The notes under the pieces: generated by a model | Databases searched by the model: none | What the model was told of the DNA's origin: nothing | The model's input: the letters and a program-made list of their open reading frames with translations, nothing else | In this document: piece by piece, positions 14,310-29,533 of the stretch | How the letters are laid out: every line of letters begins with the position of its first letter | How positions within the stretch are numbered: position 1 is the stretch's first letter | Source: Strigamia acuminata | Taxonomy: Eukaryota | Assembly: GCA_949358305.1 (NCBI GenBank) | Contig: OX442314.1 | Span: forward strand, 19,778,001-19,842,000 | Direction: 5' to 3' | DNA: 64,000 nt | Position numbers and translations under genes: made by a program

Positions 14310-17300
14310 TAAGTGCGTTCAAATTACAGTTTTATGTAAGTTGATAACCTCGTTTTCACTTCAGGATATGATGGTTTTTACGTCACATTTTGCTTAAGTT
14401 AGTCCATTTATTTGGCCTAACTTTAAGCCAGGGGTCGCGTCACTCATTTTTCTTAAGCACCAATGACGTGATTTGGTGATTAGTAATAATAATGTTTCAT
14501 TTAAAAGCATTCAATTATAAATCATTTGTTCCGCTTATTTTTATTAATTTATGCAGACTTGTAGGGTTGCTTAATCAATTTGAACACCTTACCTATTGCA
14601 ATATTTAACAAAAATTTTATTTATGTATTAATTTATTAATTTATTTTTCTTTTTTACTTGAAACCACACGTTGACCCAAAGGTGGAAAAGGCTTTATTTG
14701 TAAACAACATATTCATTGCCACAACATTCACAAATTTTATTTGATTACAACTTCCTTTAACCCTCTCAAGTTTGCTTTTAAGGTTACTCGATGTCGACCT
14801 TTAAAAGAAGAAATTTCAAAATGAACCCTCGAATTTTTCCTCTTTTTTTCCAATTCCCTTCGTTCTATTCCATGCAAAGCAAAACTGTAGTATATTCCGG
14901 TGATGTATGTTGACTCGTGTCTCCATTACCTTTGTTGTTGAGGAAGACTTTTACATTACATTCTGATGCATTCTGGCCCGCATCCAAGTAAGGAAATTAC
15001 TGCAGAAAGAGCATTTGGTGAAGGAAATAGAAGAGCGAAAATAAACAGCAAAATCCATTTCTATTTGCATCATTCCTTCTACTTAGCCTATCAACTCTAT
15101 TCATAAATTCATCAGTACAAATGTTATTTCACCACAGCACACGAATCAATATTGGATTCTTGCATCCGACCATATCCATCACAATAGCCGCTAACGCGAC
15201 ACTGCAAACTCAACTAACCAGTCAAATTAACGAGACAAGAATGAATGGGCAAGAAACCAAACAAACAGCCACGATTTACAATTTGCTTCGAGAGAACAAG
15301 CAAAGGGTGTGGTGACTTTATGGTGATATAAGAACGATTGTTGAACCCAAGACACTCGCATCGTAAATCTCATTTTTTATTCGCCCAAAATGAGTGATTT
15401 ATTTCGATTTGTAGCAACAATACAATAATAACGCATGATTCACCAACTTTGCGGAAGATGCTTCCCTGCATAACTTCATTACAATGTAGAGAAAAAAACA
15501 AATTTTTCTCAAGATTAACGACCGAAAACTTTTAGAAGGAAAGTGAAAATGGCACGCAGTTAGTCATATGGAATAATTTAGAGGCGCACAAGTGGTATAC
15601 GCGCGTCAATAGTGCAGCATCTAGCAGACAAACTTTTTTTTCACTTTTTTTTTTCCTTGCACCAAGACATAAAACAGACGCCCACGCCAGAGGGAAAGGT
15701 TAGTCAAAGAACGCTTATCAAGCCACGCCACGCGCTCTCCTTTGACTTGGAATGTAGTGTATCTAGCCTCAAGACACAGTCGTCTCGCCCAACTCTTTTC
15801 ATGCCACCTTAACTTAACGTAAAGCGAGACGCTCACCTTCTCCTTTGCTTATATTAAAAAAAAAGAAAAAAAAATCGCATTTATTTGCACTTTAATCAAA
15901 CTCCCGCAAACTTTTTAATTAATTACACTTCCACCACGCGTCGCAACTTTCATCCAAACCACTTTAATCTTTATAGCCCAAACTTTAAACAATTTCTTCC
16001 CCGAAAACCCCAGAAAACATCATTCAGCTGTCACGACAGGAAATGTCTTCATCTCAGTCTTCACTCCCATTGCCATATAAACCACAGTCAGATGGACATT
16101 GGACACCACTGAGTGCCTTCACTTCATCCATCTAGTCTGGGGAAAAGGAAATGGATTTCAGATTTTACACGCAACTTCTATGGGACCCATACATGTTCAA
16201 TATTGCACGTCTACTCAAAGGAGAAAGCCCAACAATATACTATCTGCAGTCTCCACCTCGACCAACTTCAAGTAGATGCGCCAAGGGATGGATTAAAACA
16301 AAAAATAGATATTGCCACTTACTTCCCATCTTTGTCCACGAGGGAACAAAAGCAGTCATTACCGAATGCGGACAGGTAAAAACATTAGAGACGCTTGTAC
16401 ATTAACCCAAAGGGGATTGGCAAATAGTGGTCAAAAGTAATCACTACCAACATTCCTCCTTCCTTAATGATAGCCTTATCCCATCTACAACTCGCTTGTG
16501 TCCATTCTGCAAAGACACAGCGATCGATCCGAACACCAAACAGCTTTATTTGAACGCGATGCGATATCGTCTCTTGATCTTTTCGAACAAAAAATGGTAA
16601 AGATAAAAACTAGTTTAAAATTTCATTCGAACGAAATAAAAAAAAAATCTCCTCGTTTAAACCGAACCCCAAACAATACCAAACTTTTCAAACCACCTTA
16701 TATAAAACGTGATAGACATCAATCATTTTCGGAATCAAGAGTAGAGAAATGTCACGCAGTTCACAAATCCCGGATTGGTCAAGACGCGACAGTTGGAGAA
16801 TTCTTAAACAGTTCATTTTCGACGTCTCGTCCATAAAAAAATATAATTTAAGTAGAATCAAAGAATGTTTATATTCAGCATTATACAGTGTTGCTAAGAG
16901 ACCGAGAAGCGAGTCGAGGCAAAATTCAATGCTGCGAGTTGATTTGGTCGGTAGGAAACAATCGGCACACAAAATTCGATTAGTAGATTCGATTCAACAT
17001 GGCGCGATCTATCTGCTAAAATTGACGCTCGGTGCCGCTAAAAAACCGTCAATCTGACCAAAATTATTTCGCTCGGGATCATTTATTTATTTCCAATACC
17101 ATTTGCATAAATCTAGTTAAAAGTAGCAAAATGGAGGGAGCAAAACCATAACATGTGATTAAATTTTACTTTTTAATCTTTATACAACCTCATTTTTCTC
17201 TCTACGGAAATATATATTGCGTTATGAACTCTGCTCACGTCTCGCGCTACTGGCACTCACCAGCTCCACTCACCCCTCAGAGGATCCTCTATGCTGCATA

Positions 17301-20300
17301 TTGATGACTGATCGTCCCTTGCAGCTATATCAACACCATCCCATAATGCCCATATCCCTTAGACAAATGGCTGTCTATTTCCCAAAACAATAAATCTATT
17401 TAGTCAGCCATTATGTTATTGTCCATATATTTTATCAGGGGAAAAAATGCGGTTTCAAATTAATTTTTGGATAATTTCCATCTCATTTACCCACATTGCT
17501 TTAATTAATACAACTATAAACAGTGCTTTAAATGCTTACGTTTTAGAGAGCGTGTTTTAATGATTACAATTTTTTTTTTTTTTTTTTACTAAGCTAAACA
17601 TTATTTTTTTATTTACAAAATTGTAAATTAATTTTGTGTCAAGAGCGGAAATTAATTTCATGTCATAATTGTAACCAATCACTTTTCACTTGTCATATCT
17701 TATAATCACCGTGTGTGTACTGAAGTTTAAGAATTTATCTGACAATACGTATTGATTAAAATTTCATGTAAAGTTCCTTTGAAGGCAGCTTACTTGATTA
17801 GTCTTGTTTTTCCATTAATTTCCCTACCGCAAGAAATGTAAGTTTTACAGCGACAACACCGGACTAACCCTATAATTATCGACAATACTGTTGCTGTTGT
17901 TTTGTTTTTATAGAAAAATACAAAAAGAATAAAAAGCAACTTGGAAAAACATTATTGGAGTAAAGTAAGTAGGTTATTGTGGAAGAGTTAAAGATAAACT
18001 TTCTGTATCTGCGTGCTAAGAAAAGCACATCATACACGACAAATTATCCATCGTAAATAAGTGAAACATCGTGCTTTTCATTGATCTCCAAACTTGTTTT
18101 CACAATCTTATCAAATTTTTAAGATTATTTACGATGAAACAAGCAAAAAAATTTACTTAGCACCAGACAAGACGCATTCATTTTGTATGAGGCTGTTTAT
18201 TTTTGAGGAAGATTTAATGTGTTTACTCTGAATTTCACAGCAACACTAACGAGTAAATCTATTTAGTAGCTACTAAATCAATTTCCAAATGAAAACTTTA
18301 CATAATTTTATTCAACATTATAACCAAAGTGAAAACATTCATTTTAGGAATTACACTTTTCTCAATTTTCGAATAAAAAAAAAATGCAACCTTAAAATCT
18401 CTTTGAAATCTTTAATAAGCCCAGTAAGAAAGTAGACGCCAAGAAGTCGGTGGGCGGAAAAAAGAAAAAAGAAAGAAGTGGGTTGTCCAGAATAGAATCT
18501 CAAGATCAATAATAGATCCCTGATGCACTTAGAAAAAGAAAAGAAAAATTGTCAGCTCTCAAGTTGCAGATTTGTTTGCATTGCAAGGATTCCCATCCAT
18601 GCACAACTTTAAAACAATTTCACTAAATTTCCATCATATTTTTCATCTCTAATATGTTGAAACATCATATTAAACACAGTTCAACCATTCATTTCCCTAC
18701 TTGAGATACCGTAAGAAAAATGTTTATTTTTTTTTTTACGTTTTAAATCCGTGGCCCATATTGTTTTTGAAGAAATTCCTGAGTGATAAATTAATTTGAA
18801 AATTCTTTGAATGTCTTAAAAACAAGCGCACATCAACACGAATCTCGGTCCCTTTATGTATAGGATACTGAAACAGTGCATAAGCAAAACCCGTTTCTTC
18901 CACTTACAGCCACCCCCTTTTTCGTGTTAAGAGTTTTGAGAGAAAACATCTTAAAGCCTCCACCAAGATCAGAGCACAATGGCCGCCAAAAGACCTTTTC
19001 ATGAGCACCGAAGCGAAGGATCTCATTCCAGCTGTTTTGTATAATAACGAGTGGTGGCAAACCTTTTCGTTACTAATAAAAACAAACATTTTCACGCATG
19101 GATACGCCGCAGTATACTTGTACTTCATAACGTTAGTTTAACTCGAAACGTCTGAGATTTACAACAACAAATCAACTGTACAAAATAACAATTTAAATTA
19201 ATTAACTCCCCTTGCCAAAAATACATTGAAATTAAATTGCAATGTATTTTTAAATGCTTTGGATTTCACGAAAATGCATCTTTGCGTGCTATTGGTTTGG
19301 AAATCATATTATTTAATGTCCAAATAATATATATTCCCCAAAATGCTATACATTTTGTAAAGTATATTTTTGAACTGTGTGGGTCATTTTATTTATTTAT
19401 TTATTTATTTTATTAGTTAGTATAGGGAATATCAAATTATTGTATTTGTTGACGTTGGAAATAATAACAACAAGCAGTTTGGTGATAAACTAAAAATAAA
19501 TAACGATTTTAGATCAAAATTTGACATTACAAGTGCAATGTGTGGCAAGCTGATGTAGCTGCATTTAGACAAGCATCAATAAGTTCGCCGAATTTCGAAT
19601 TTGCCCATTAGGTAGCGCCCAACAGTTCTTCAAACTGAAGTCAGCAAGGCATTTTTACGAGGATGATTTTTCCCCGCCTTCGCGTGCATTGGATAAAATG
19701 CAGTTATCTCATAGGTTCCACCCACTCATCCAACCTTATCGGATGAACAAAGATTTTCTCTTCAACTCTAGCTTTTTTCACGGAATTAAACCCGAGTTTT
19801 TTTTTCTCCCTCGCTTCTTTAATTTGAGAGAAAGTGAAAACGAGAATAAAAGCGAGCAATTTCAGTCTTTTCCTTCCTTTTCGAGAAATAAACAGAAAAC
19901 ACGTAACAGCGAGTGAAATCTAGTGAAGAAATTGAAGCTGAATGACAATTCTGAAGAGCTCACAGTTCTCGAATAATACAGCAAACCCAATATTAGAAGG
20001 GCAATTTTCTTTCTCCTTTATCTTTCTAAGTTTTACTTACTCACCAAAACTTATTTCGCTTATTACCAACTTAAAAGTAAACTTTTTTCCTTCCCACTTG
20101 TGAAAAAATTCACCATAAACATGTTTTTCTCACTTTAACTGCACGGCGGCATGTGTAAAAGGAACTGGTTCCATCAATATGCTAATCTGAAACGCCACAG
20201 GGTCTCTTAATTTCACCTTACAAAATGCCCTCGCTATAAAGGTGGATGAACACGACCCATTTTCTATCCAAATTTAAATCAGCATCCGGTCAGATGGATT

Positions 20301-23145
20301 TTAAAAACTCGCATTAAATGTCCGTTCAAAATGACCTAAACTCATTAAAACATCCAACCACTGTGCAGCTAATTAACATGTCATTTCTCAAACCCAATAA
20401 ACAATTTCCACCACTAAAACTCCAACTTTAAAGCCTTCACCAAGATTTTAACTATCTCTACCTAGTTAATTAATCATCGAACGGAATTCCAGACTTTTGT
20501 TAAAACGTCCTAATCTGAACGCACTTATCAACATGTGTCAACCAGCAAAGTACAACTAAAGAATTTATGATGTATTCACACAATTGCAATAAACGCTATT
20601 CGAGACAAAGCAAGGGATATGTATGAATGATACCTCGCAAATGCACAAATGCAAATGCTTGCAAATTATTCTATCGCCATTTGCCTCGTTCTACAATAAA
20701 TTTTATAACGCTCTACCATTTTGTTTCACTTCCGAATTGCAACAATATCAAAACTTACAGCTAAGACAAGTCTTCCAGATTAGTTTTCGTGTGTTTTTCT
20801 AATTTCCCAAATTTATACATTTTTCCAGCCCAAATTTTAATCACAAATGTCGTTTCCTTCTGGCTGTTTTTAATAATGGTATTCCCAGTTCAGCTCAGCG
20901 ATAAAAAATGAAGGAAAAAAAAAGTGAAAAAAAATCTTTTTTTACCCTGCCAATTTTTTTTTTGCTGACATTTTATACCTCATATACCATGAAACATGCT
21001 ATAGGGGACTTTTTTCTCTCCCAATTTTTTTTCTTTTCTTCTAAAGATAATCAATGAAATCAAATTTCAAAGTTTAATATATCCACTTCAAAATTTTCAT
21101 TTTGCTTTTATATTAATCTCGCCTTCCGCCACCAAACACACTGGTCTCAAAGTATCAACTTGATTCGGGGAAAAAAATTGATAGAATACATAGAAAACCA
21201 TAGAAAAAAATTTGCCTTGTTATCAAAGCCATTCCCAATTTCATAAATAAAAATGAGTTAGCTCCAATCCAAAAACTCTACGTACACTTTTAAAAAAGAG
21301 ACAAAGAAAAAGAGAAAAAAAAAACCAATTCCATTTACCTTAAGCCTTCAATTTCTCTTGAGAAACAATGGACAACCAACAACCAATCAGAATTTCATAA
21401 GAAAATTCCACCACTCACAGTCCACAGACCAAAAATATAGATAAACAGCTTACGAAAACCAAACTTACATCTAAGCATAGATTAAGGAATCCGCAAGGAA
21501 TTTCAGTACAGTACACACATTTGAAATAACATTTAAAGTAGAAATCATTATAATTTTTAAAGCAATTTAGAAATGGTCTATATCGCCATTAGATGAAAAC
21601 AATGTCAATTATTTGATTCTGGCAATTACCACATCAGAATAACATTTATTACCTACTTTCGCCGTCATATAAGCAGAAACTGTTTTAATTGGATTCAATC
21701 AAATGACGGCTGCATAACTTTAAAGCTTTTACATTTGGATGGAACGAAGCGGCTGCAATGATGCTGATATTGAGTTTACAGTAAGAAAATTTAAATAATA
21801 AAAAAAGAAAAGAAAAAACCTGCAACTTGGATTAGGTTCCACATGATAAGTTTTCCTCTTCTGATGAATTGTGTATACAAACTTCTAGTTTATTAAATTC
21901 AAACAAAAAGAGAAAAAAAGTACGGAGTAATTTTTTTAAGCCAATTCTCGTTTAGTTGCTTCAAAAAAATATAAAGAAAAACAAAATCGTTACGATTTAC
22001 AAATGAATCCGGCGTCGCAGCGATGGGTATTGTTGCAAATAAAAATGCGATGGTTAAAATAACAACAATTTTACTTCTTTGGTGGTTAAACGAGACGCGT
22101 GGCAGGCACGCGGATTTACATGAAACTCTCCAGATATTCGGGGTTCACTTCCGGTCAGCAGGGACCTTTGTGGCGCACAATTTACATACAAGAGGGCACC
22201 TAAAACGGCCCTCGAGCAATATAAAATGAAACAAATGACAAAACTCAATCTAAAAAATACATAATGGCAATAAAATAAACGAAAACACACTTAAACACAT
22301 TAAATCATTTAGATTTTACAAAAGCCTCTGCAGTGCAGTCCGGAAGCCTTAAAAGAGAAAAAACAATTTTTTCACATCAAACCTAGTGACTTGGAAATAC
22401 GAGTGGACAAATAGAAACCAGAATCTACTCTCAAAAACCCAAGCAACCATACAATTTCAATTGGAACCGTCATCTGATAAGACGAAAGCATAGAAAATTT
22501 GTTTACGATATCCACAATCTTCAGATTTCGCAAAAGCTTGCAAATCACTTGAGTTTGTTGCAAGCATTGAGCCGAATTTAATGAAATTTAGCAATTGATG
22601 ACATTATCCAAACCATCATTTTGCATCTCTACTTTATATCCAACTTAAAGTCGTTATAAAATGTTATGAAGACAAAATGTCATTACCTATTAGCTTAATT
22701 GGCAATCAAGTGTAGAAAGGCCTGTTTACTCGAAACATAAGACACGACATTTTGCTGGAAAATGATCTTAAAAGAGATGAAAGCCCAACCATTAGGAAAG
22801 AGTTGATCACAGCATGATAAGCTACCGACATCACTTTCATAGCTTACACAGTTTAAGGATTAGTCTCCCACCAGCTATTTAAGCTTTCCTTAATGACTAC
22901 TAAGACCTCACTTCAATTGGGTTCATTGCTCATACGCCACTATTTTGTCCACCACGCCTTTTGGGAACTCTAAATTTCACATTTTAAACAAATATCGGTT
23001 TCATACTTTTGCTTCGTAAGATGTTGATCTTGATTCAATTTAGTTACATCAGCAATATTTGCTTTTCCTTTACCTAACTGTTAGGAATGCTACGCTCTGT
23101 GTAAAAGGGTCGTACCAGTGTTTGAAGTTCTTGGTTATACAGTAG

Positions 23146-23330
23146 CAGTGTTGTATCGAACGCGTTCACTTGTGGAAGTGAACGAGAAAAATGAACTTCG
23201 TTCACTTCACATTCAAACGTTTTGTTGACATTTTAAAGGTTTTGAAGACATTTTAAACGTTTTGAAGACATTTTAAACGTTTTGAAGACATTTTAAACGT
23301 TTTGCAGACATTTTAAACGTTTGATGACGT
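23146..23330. repeat. 20-bp minisatellite (AAACGTTTTGAAGACATTTT, ~5.5 copies, 23215-23330) preceded by a possible hAT-like terminus
   Basis: The 20-nt periodicity is directly visible. Upstream CAGTGTTGTATCGAACGCGTTCAC with short GTTCAC/GTGAAC repeats resembles a DNA transposon end; this part is tentative. Confidence 0.6.
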
Positions 23331-25600
23331 TTTCATCATCAAAACATGTTCATCATCATTTCCAATTGCTTTTTATGACGTCATAAACAGCGACGAAAAT
23401 GACTGCTTTACTAAAAAAAAGTTTTTTCATCTGAAATTCACAAAAAGGTGCGATGTTTAATATCGTATCTGCATAGATGCGATGTCAAATCGATCATCCA
23501 TGCTACAGGGGTATCATTGTTCTGTATTGCTAATATAGCAGGGGCAGCTATAGAAAACGTACAAAGAAATGGCCATTTTGGGTCAAGACACAAAAATTGA
23601 AAGTTTATGGCCAAAAATCCGATGTTTTGGATCATAAAAATAAATTTTCGGTTAAAAAAATAAATTTTTGGTCCAGTAAATAAAATGTTTCCAATGCAGA
23701 AGGAAGTGGCCATAGCCCCCATGCCACTCTCCCTATGGCTAGTAGTTTGCAGTCAAAGTTCTTTCGTTAGTTCATTAGTCCTCTGCTTCTTCAAGATACA
23801 GGTACCCTGTACACGCCAGACAATAACAATTAACAAACTTTAAAATTAAACATTTTTTGTAATAAATATACAGGAGAAAAAAATGCTTTTTTAGATTCAA
23901 AACACGATTGAACGATTTCGATGTTTTATAGCCTAAAGTTTGTAGTATTTTTGAATATTTCAACTGAGCTTTCTTACGTTTCCCCCGTTTCTTCCTTCTG
24001 CCCCCCTTTTTTTTATTAACATCAACTCCTAAATTCAAACTTGGTGTTTTTCCTTTGTTTTTTTATGTGAATTCCGATTCTCATGGCTCAAGTTTGTTCA
24101 AACTGCTAAATCACGGCCGTCCCTTCCACATAGTGGTGTAAAAATTTACGATCCCAATATATTGCCGTGTTCCTCCTTTCCATTTCATTCGGCGCAAGAC
24201 AAATAGAGCAAATAAGCCTAAACAAAAGTATCACTTAGTTCAATTACTTTACAAAAAGTGGAATTCCGAGTCAAACAGCAATCTAAACAGCCAGATATTA
24301 ATATTTTACATGCCGTAATAATAAAATAACGAACGAAAAATACACAAAAACTCATTACTCTTGTTAATTAAGAAACTCTACATCTCCAAAAAATGTAACA
24401 CTCAAAACATCCATAAAGAATTTATAGAATTTTGAATTTTAAGTTTAATACCTGTTTTATACCTGTTTCTTGCTGCTTCATTTAATGCGAAAAAAAAAAT
24501 GAAAAACTTTTCTCTTTCAAAAAAAAAAAAAAAAAAAATTCTCCGAGAGAAATAAGTTTAACGAAAGTTTATCTTGTTTTCTGCAACTTTTGAATGCCTC
24601 TTTACGACATTCTCCACACACACACAATAAAAAATATCAATCATCATTCTTCGGTAGGCAAAATACGTGCATCAGTATCAGCTTCAATATTTTACCAAGT
24701 CCGTCCTACTGTCCCCACTCAGTTAGATTGGAAAAGTGCATCAAATTCCCTTCACAAGTCACTCTCTTTGTAGCCACTTTGTGACCTTACTCAAACTTCA
24801 TCTGAAAGTCAAACGAAATGCACCGGTGAGGATGTGGTATGCGCAATGGTGGGGGATAGTACAATTTGGCGGGGTTATCCCCTTTCGCTTTACTGCACGC
24901 TGTCAGTCGAACAGTCGAATGCGGTCGATTTGGCTGTAGGGTGATTGGAGAAGGGTCTCTCCTAGACATGTCTCAATGTTGCGCTACAAATTGCCCAGCC
25001 AACTGACCACTCGCCTACTTACCGTTTGACCGGGTACCTGCAGCAGAATTCAATTCAAGTTTCATTGTGAATGAAACAACCCCCCCATCTTTTCTTATTT
25101 CATTCTGCCAAAACGTTGGGAGGAGGGTTTACTGGTTTAGAAACAGAGTTTCTTTTGAAATATCGATTCGTTTCGGTCGAGTGAGGAGAAATGCTGCTCA
25201 ATATTGGATGCTATCACGAATGGGATTTGACAGGCTACGTTTGTTTCTGCAGATAGTGGGCTCCATGTAGATCTCCATCACGTGTCAAACGACAAGACTA
25301 AGACTTGTCAAACAATAATTGATACTGTACAATACTCCATTTCTTTCCTCCTTCCTTCCTTTGTTATTTCCATCTGTCATAGGCAATTGAGTTGTCCGAG
25401 GCGTCATTGTCAATTATTTCAGACAAGAATAAATTGGGATTAATAACTGATAATTCATCCATTTAATGTGTTTCAAATTGTAGAGCGGGCATTTTATGAA
25501 TGCAACCAAACAAAAAGTATTTTCAACTATTGAAAACTACTTCAGGTTAAGATCAAGTGTCTGGAGTGTTGGTAGCGTTAAGTTGTAGTGCTGCTTTATA

Positions 25601-25768
25601 CAGTCGAAACTGGGGGACCCGAAAAATCGATTCATTATAACGAGAATTCGTTATATCGAAATTTTTTAACATGGTGTTCAATGGCTAGCCAACCGAGCCA
25701 GTCATTTTTATGTCTTCGTTATATCGATAATTCGTTATATTGCAATTCGTTATAAGGAGTTTCGACTG
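25601..25768. mobile_element. Tc1/mariner-superfamily (pogo/Tigger-like) MITE
   Basis: TA|CAGTCGAAACT ... AGTTTCGACTG|TA. TA TSD, CAGT terminus and several subterminal TTCGTTATA repeats. Confidence 0.8.
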
Positions 25769-28700
25769 TATAGTATTGTGTTGGAATGCTACAATATCAT
25801 TTTTTAAAAACTTGAAATTTCCATACATACTAAAGGTGGATACTGGCAATGGGATGAATATTGTCAATCGTATTCACAAATTGAACCTCTTGTCAGAAAT
25901 TTGACAGAAAACAAGTAAGTGGTTACAAATTAAGTATTCATAACTATTGAACGCAAAAACGTTTCTCAAATTATTTTTTTTCAAATATTTTCTCCCCGAA
26001 AAAAATTCACTATGTTTTTCCGTGAGCTTAAGAATTTTTTTTCATGTCCGCGTCTTTAAAGGAAGATTTAAGTTTTTCTTTCCATTTTAAATATAAATTT
26101 TTTTTTACAACATTTCAAAAACAACAAAAAAAAAACTGATTGATGCACAGTGTTTATTTTTATGCCAGCCTGTCAAATTTACAACACTCGGTCTTCTGCA
26201 TGCAAAACTAGAAAAACCGTCAAAATTTTATTTCATGTTTGTTGGTTAAATAATTTAAACTATAAAATAATCGCACATTGAAATAAAATATATAGTCACA
26301 TTCTAATATTCTTAAATGTTGAGGATTTATTTCGTATACGTTTCCCAATAATTATTTCTTTTATCCAACGTTTCCACATTGGATAAAATCTGGTCAATTT
26401 CCCATGAGTAGTAAAACAGAAACCCTGCTATTTACCATTACCTTCACTCACGAAAAGCCCCACCTTATTATAGCATCTACACTTGTATGGCGATAGAAGG
26501 CGCATGAAAAAATCAATAAAATACAATAGCTATATTCGAAAATGGAAGCACAGAGAAACACTTTTAATCCATGCTTTCTTCGGCCATTTTTTTACACATC
26601 ATTTCTTTCTAGATCAATGTGTTTACCAGTAAAAAAAATATCAAAGTTTTTCTTTCGAATTGAAGAAAAAAAAAAACTCGATAATATCTAAAGATAAACA
26701 CAAATATTTCACCTAATGTAAACAATATCACAATTAATAGGCGTCCATAAATTTGACCATCTTTTTTCACTTATTTCCTAAGTGAAAGTGACCTTGTAAT
26801 TTGAAAATCACACGCCCCATAATAATATCATCAATGAAAGGTATCCTGCAGCCGAAGGAAAGAGGTCACTGGATGCGACAAATGAAATTTATTAGCCTGT
26901 GGTCACGACATGCGATCCGAGAACTAGAAAGGTAGAGGGCGGCAAGGGGACCCGGACGACGAAACGCAGGAACGTGCCAGGTATAACACAATCAATTAAT
27001 TCAAAGGAACTCCCTGGCGAATTAAATGCCGCTGCTTCCACTCTGCGCCGCCATCTTAGTTATTGATCTTCATTCTTCCCCACCTCAAACCCCATCGCAC
27101 CTCGCTTAAATTCAATGGTTGAATTATGTTTGTGTGCAACAAATAAGCCTAACCCCAAAGCGGAGCTTTGTGCGCGCTTCGCTCACTGACCTCGCCAGCT
27201 CGCCGCCGTCTTTTTATCAACTCGACTTTGTATTTGAGCAAGCGGGATTTCGTGTTGTATAATCGTCCACACTGTCATGCTTGACGAATAGCACTTGGGC
27301 AAACACCTCAGTGTCCGTTCGAAAATGCCTCGTCTGGAATTATGGTAAAGGACCGAACAGCTTGTTCCCAATCAACTGAAAGGGTAGCGGGGGTTGGTAG
27401 AGGTCTGCTATCTGTGGCCATTTGTCCTCTTTCTAGAAACTATTCATCACCTTCCAAGATAGGATATGCCGTTACCATGGAAACTGACAGTACTGATAAT
27501 GTCAGAGATAAAAAGAACACGATTCCTAGTCACATTTTTCGCAGTAATCACATAAAAAAAAAAAAAACTGCAAAGCGACTAAAGATCGAATAATCAAGTA
27601 TGAACATCATACTTTCAGAAGAAGAACAAACTCCATTATCGAACTTTTCATTAGCACTATTAATAGTAGATAATAAAAACAGTGATTTTCTTATATTCAG
27701 TTAACAGTACAAATTCCAAATTCTAATCTAAAACTATTTTGAATTTGTAATTTCATTGATTTTTGGAACAACATTTTGTTCACCGAATAATGTTTGTTAC
27801 TTTTCATTAAAACCACATTTTACATCTAAGAATGCCTAGCATCGCCGTATACTCTTGTCGGAAGTTTGTAGCTCATCAACCCTTAGATCTCAGCGCCTGG
27901 CTGGTGACGAATTTTGAAAAAAAAATAGAAAAAAGCTTCAAATTCCCGATCTATAATGGTTTCATCAATAACGTTTTCCCCACACCATCAATACCGAGTT
28001 CATTTCCCTTCCATTAAGCCATATATCAGTTGAAGAGCAAATTCTCATCCTCCTATATTTACTTTAACGTCTTTGCCTAGTTATCTTATTCTTTCTTTAC
28101 CCTGGCGCTATAACTTGATGAAGAGAATGGAAAAATCGTTATCACAATGCTCTGCTTTAACGAGTTCTCGAAGTGTAAACTTCTACAAGAATTATTTAGC
28201 CTTCTACAAAAAACGAATTTAACATTACAAATATTTGAATAGAATTGTTAAAACTGCATAAATTAAATCATTTTGGAAGCCACTGACAAGAAGATGAAAA
28301 TAAGCTTACTATACGACATTTGAGGAAAATCAACTCTCAGTAGTACATATAACTTACTAGTAGTGCCATTGCCACTTTCATCATATTTGTAGAATAGACA
28401 ATAAATAATGAAGCAGCACTTTATAGTGACAAAATGTAGAAATACAACTATTGATTTACTGTATTCAGTTGAATTATTTCTTTTTTTCTGTCATTTTTTT
28501 GTCACTTTGAAACTACTTCTGACTTAGCAAGTGAATAAATATAGATAAATAAATATAAATTTGTAAATTTATAGATTACAGTTTAAATGGCTTCAGCGTC
28601 ATAGCTAAAGTGGCTTTATCGAAAACATGTATATTTAATACAACAGCTTTAATTATTTTAGTAATATATTTAAAATTTATCCACTAAATATTGGATATAC

Positions 28701-28859
28701 GTACAAGCAGACAAATTATAGTATCTGTAACTAGAATTATAGTAGAATTATATATAAAATTTAATGTTTACTTATCATGTAAAAGTATCATCTAAATTCA
28801 AATGGTTTATGTATTTTTAAAGTTAAATAGCGACAATTTTTTTTAAAAAAAATGTATTT

Positions 28860-29040
28860 TTGGCCAAAACTCTTGTGTGGACCCTCAATTAACATATAAA
28901 AGACTTAGGTTGATAAAAAAATGAGTTAACATGAAATTTAGATGGATTTAGATGCTCAAAACCTTCGGTTAAAATTTTTCCATCAACCTAAGACTTTTTT
29001 TATATGTCGATTGAGTGCCCATACAAGACTTTAAGCTAGA
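28860..29040. repeat. Imperfect long inverted repeat (degraded fold-back element)
   Basis: TCTTGTGTGGACCCTCAATTAACATATAAAAGACTTAGGTTGAT pairs with ATCAACCTAAGACTTTTTTATATGTCGATTGAGTGCCCATACAAGA. Confidence 0.6.
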
Positions 29041-29265
29041 AATGACTCTTTCTTCTTATTCTTTTTTACAACCTTTGCCATTGTTCTTTCCCTTTAACAA
29101 ATGTATAGTCATTATAAGTGACTGCTTTGACGACTAATTTGTTGGAATTTATTACTAAAGGCGTGTTGTCACTTGTCATATGAGCTAATAGAAACTAGAA
29201 ACTATAAAAAAAAGAAGAAAAAACGTCATTGTCTGTTCAAGCTTTACAGCTTCAACTACAGTTTA

Positions 29266-29533
29266 CGCCCGGTATCTTGATACTAAATTCGTACTGCGCA
29301 TCCCATTCTGCGCAGACGATTTTCTAATTCCAGTTGTTATTTAGCAGTATTAAGCCTAATATTAGGCCTAATAAATGCTAAACATAAGGTAAATAAATAA
29401 AAATATTTTGGTACTACGCTGTAAATTACTTTTAATAATGAGTTTATTGTTGTTTATTTACTTTACTGGAATTAGAAAATCGTCTGCGCAGAATGGGATG
29501 CGCAGTATGGATTTATCATCAAGATACCGGGCG
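29266..29533. mobile_element. Fold-back/MITE element with ~70-bp near-perfect TIRs
   Basis: CGCCCGGTATCTTGAT...CTGCGCAGACGATTTTCTAATTCCAGT (29266-29335) is the reverse complement of 29465-29533 with few mismatches. Confidence 0.8.

Noticed and set aside
15885..17057. Cluster of overlapping 75-112-aa ORFs in the mannosidase intron (possible nested gene)
   Set aside because: No domain signature, and overlapping frames give no coherent splice model.
23539..23740. Degraded CAGGGGC...-type MITE
   Set aside because: The ends are too degenerate to establish TIRs or a TSD.
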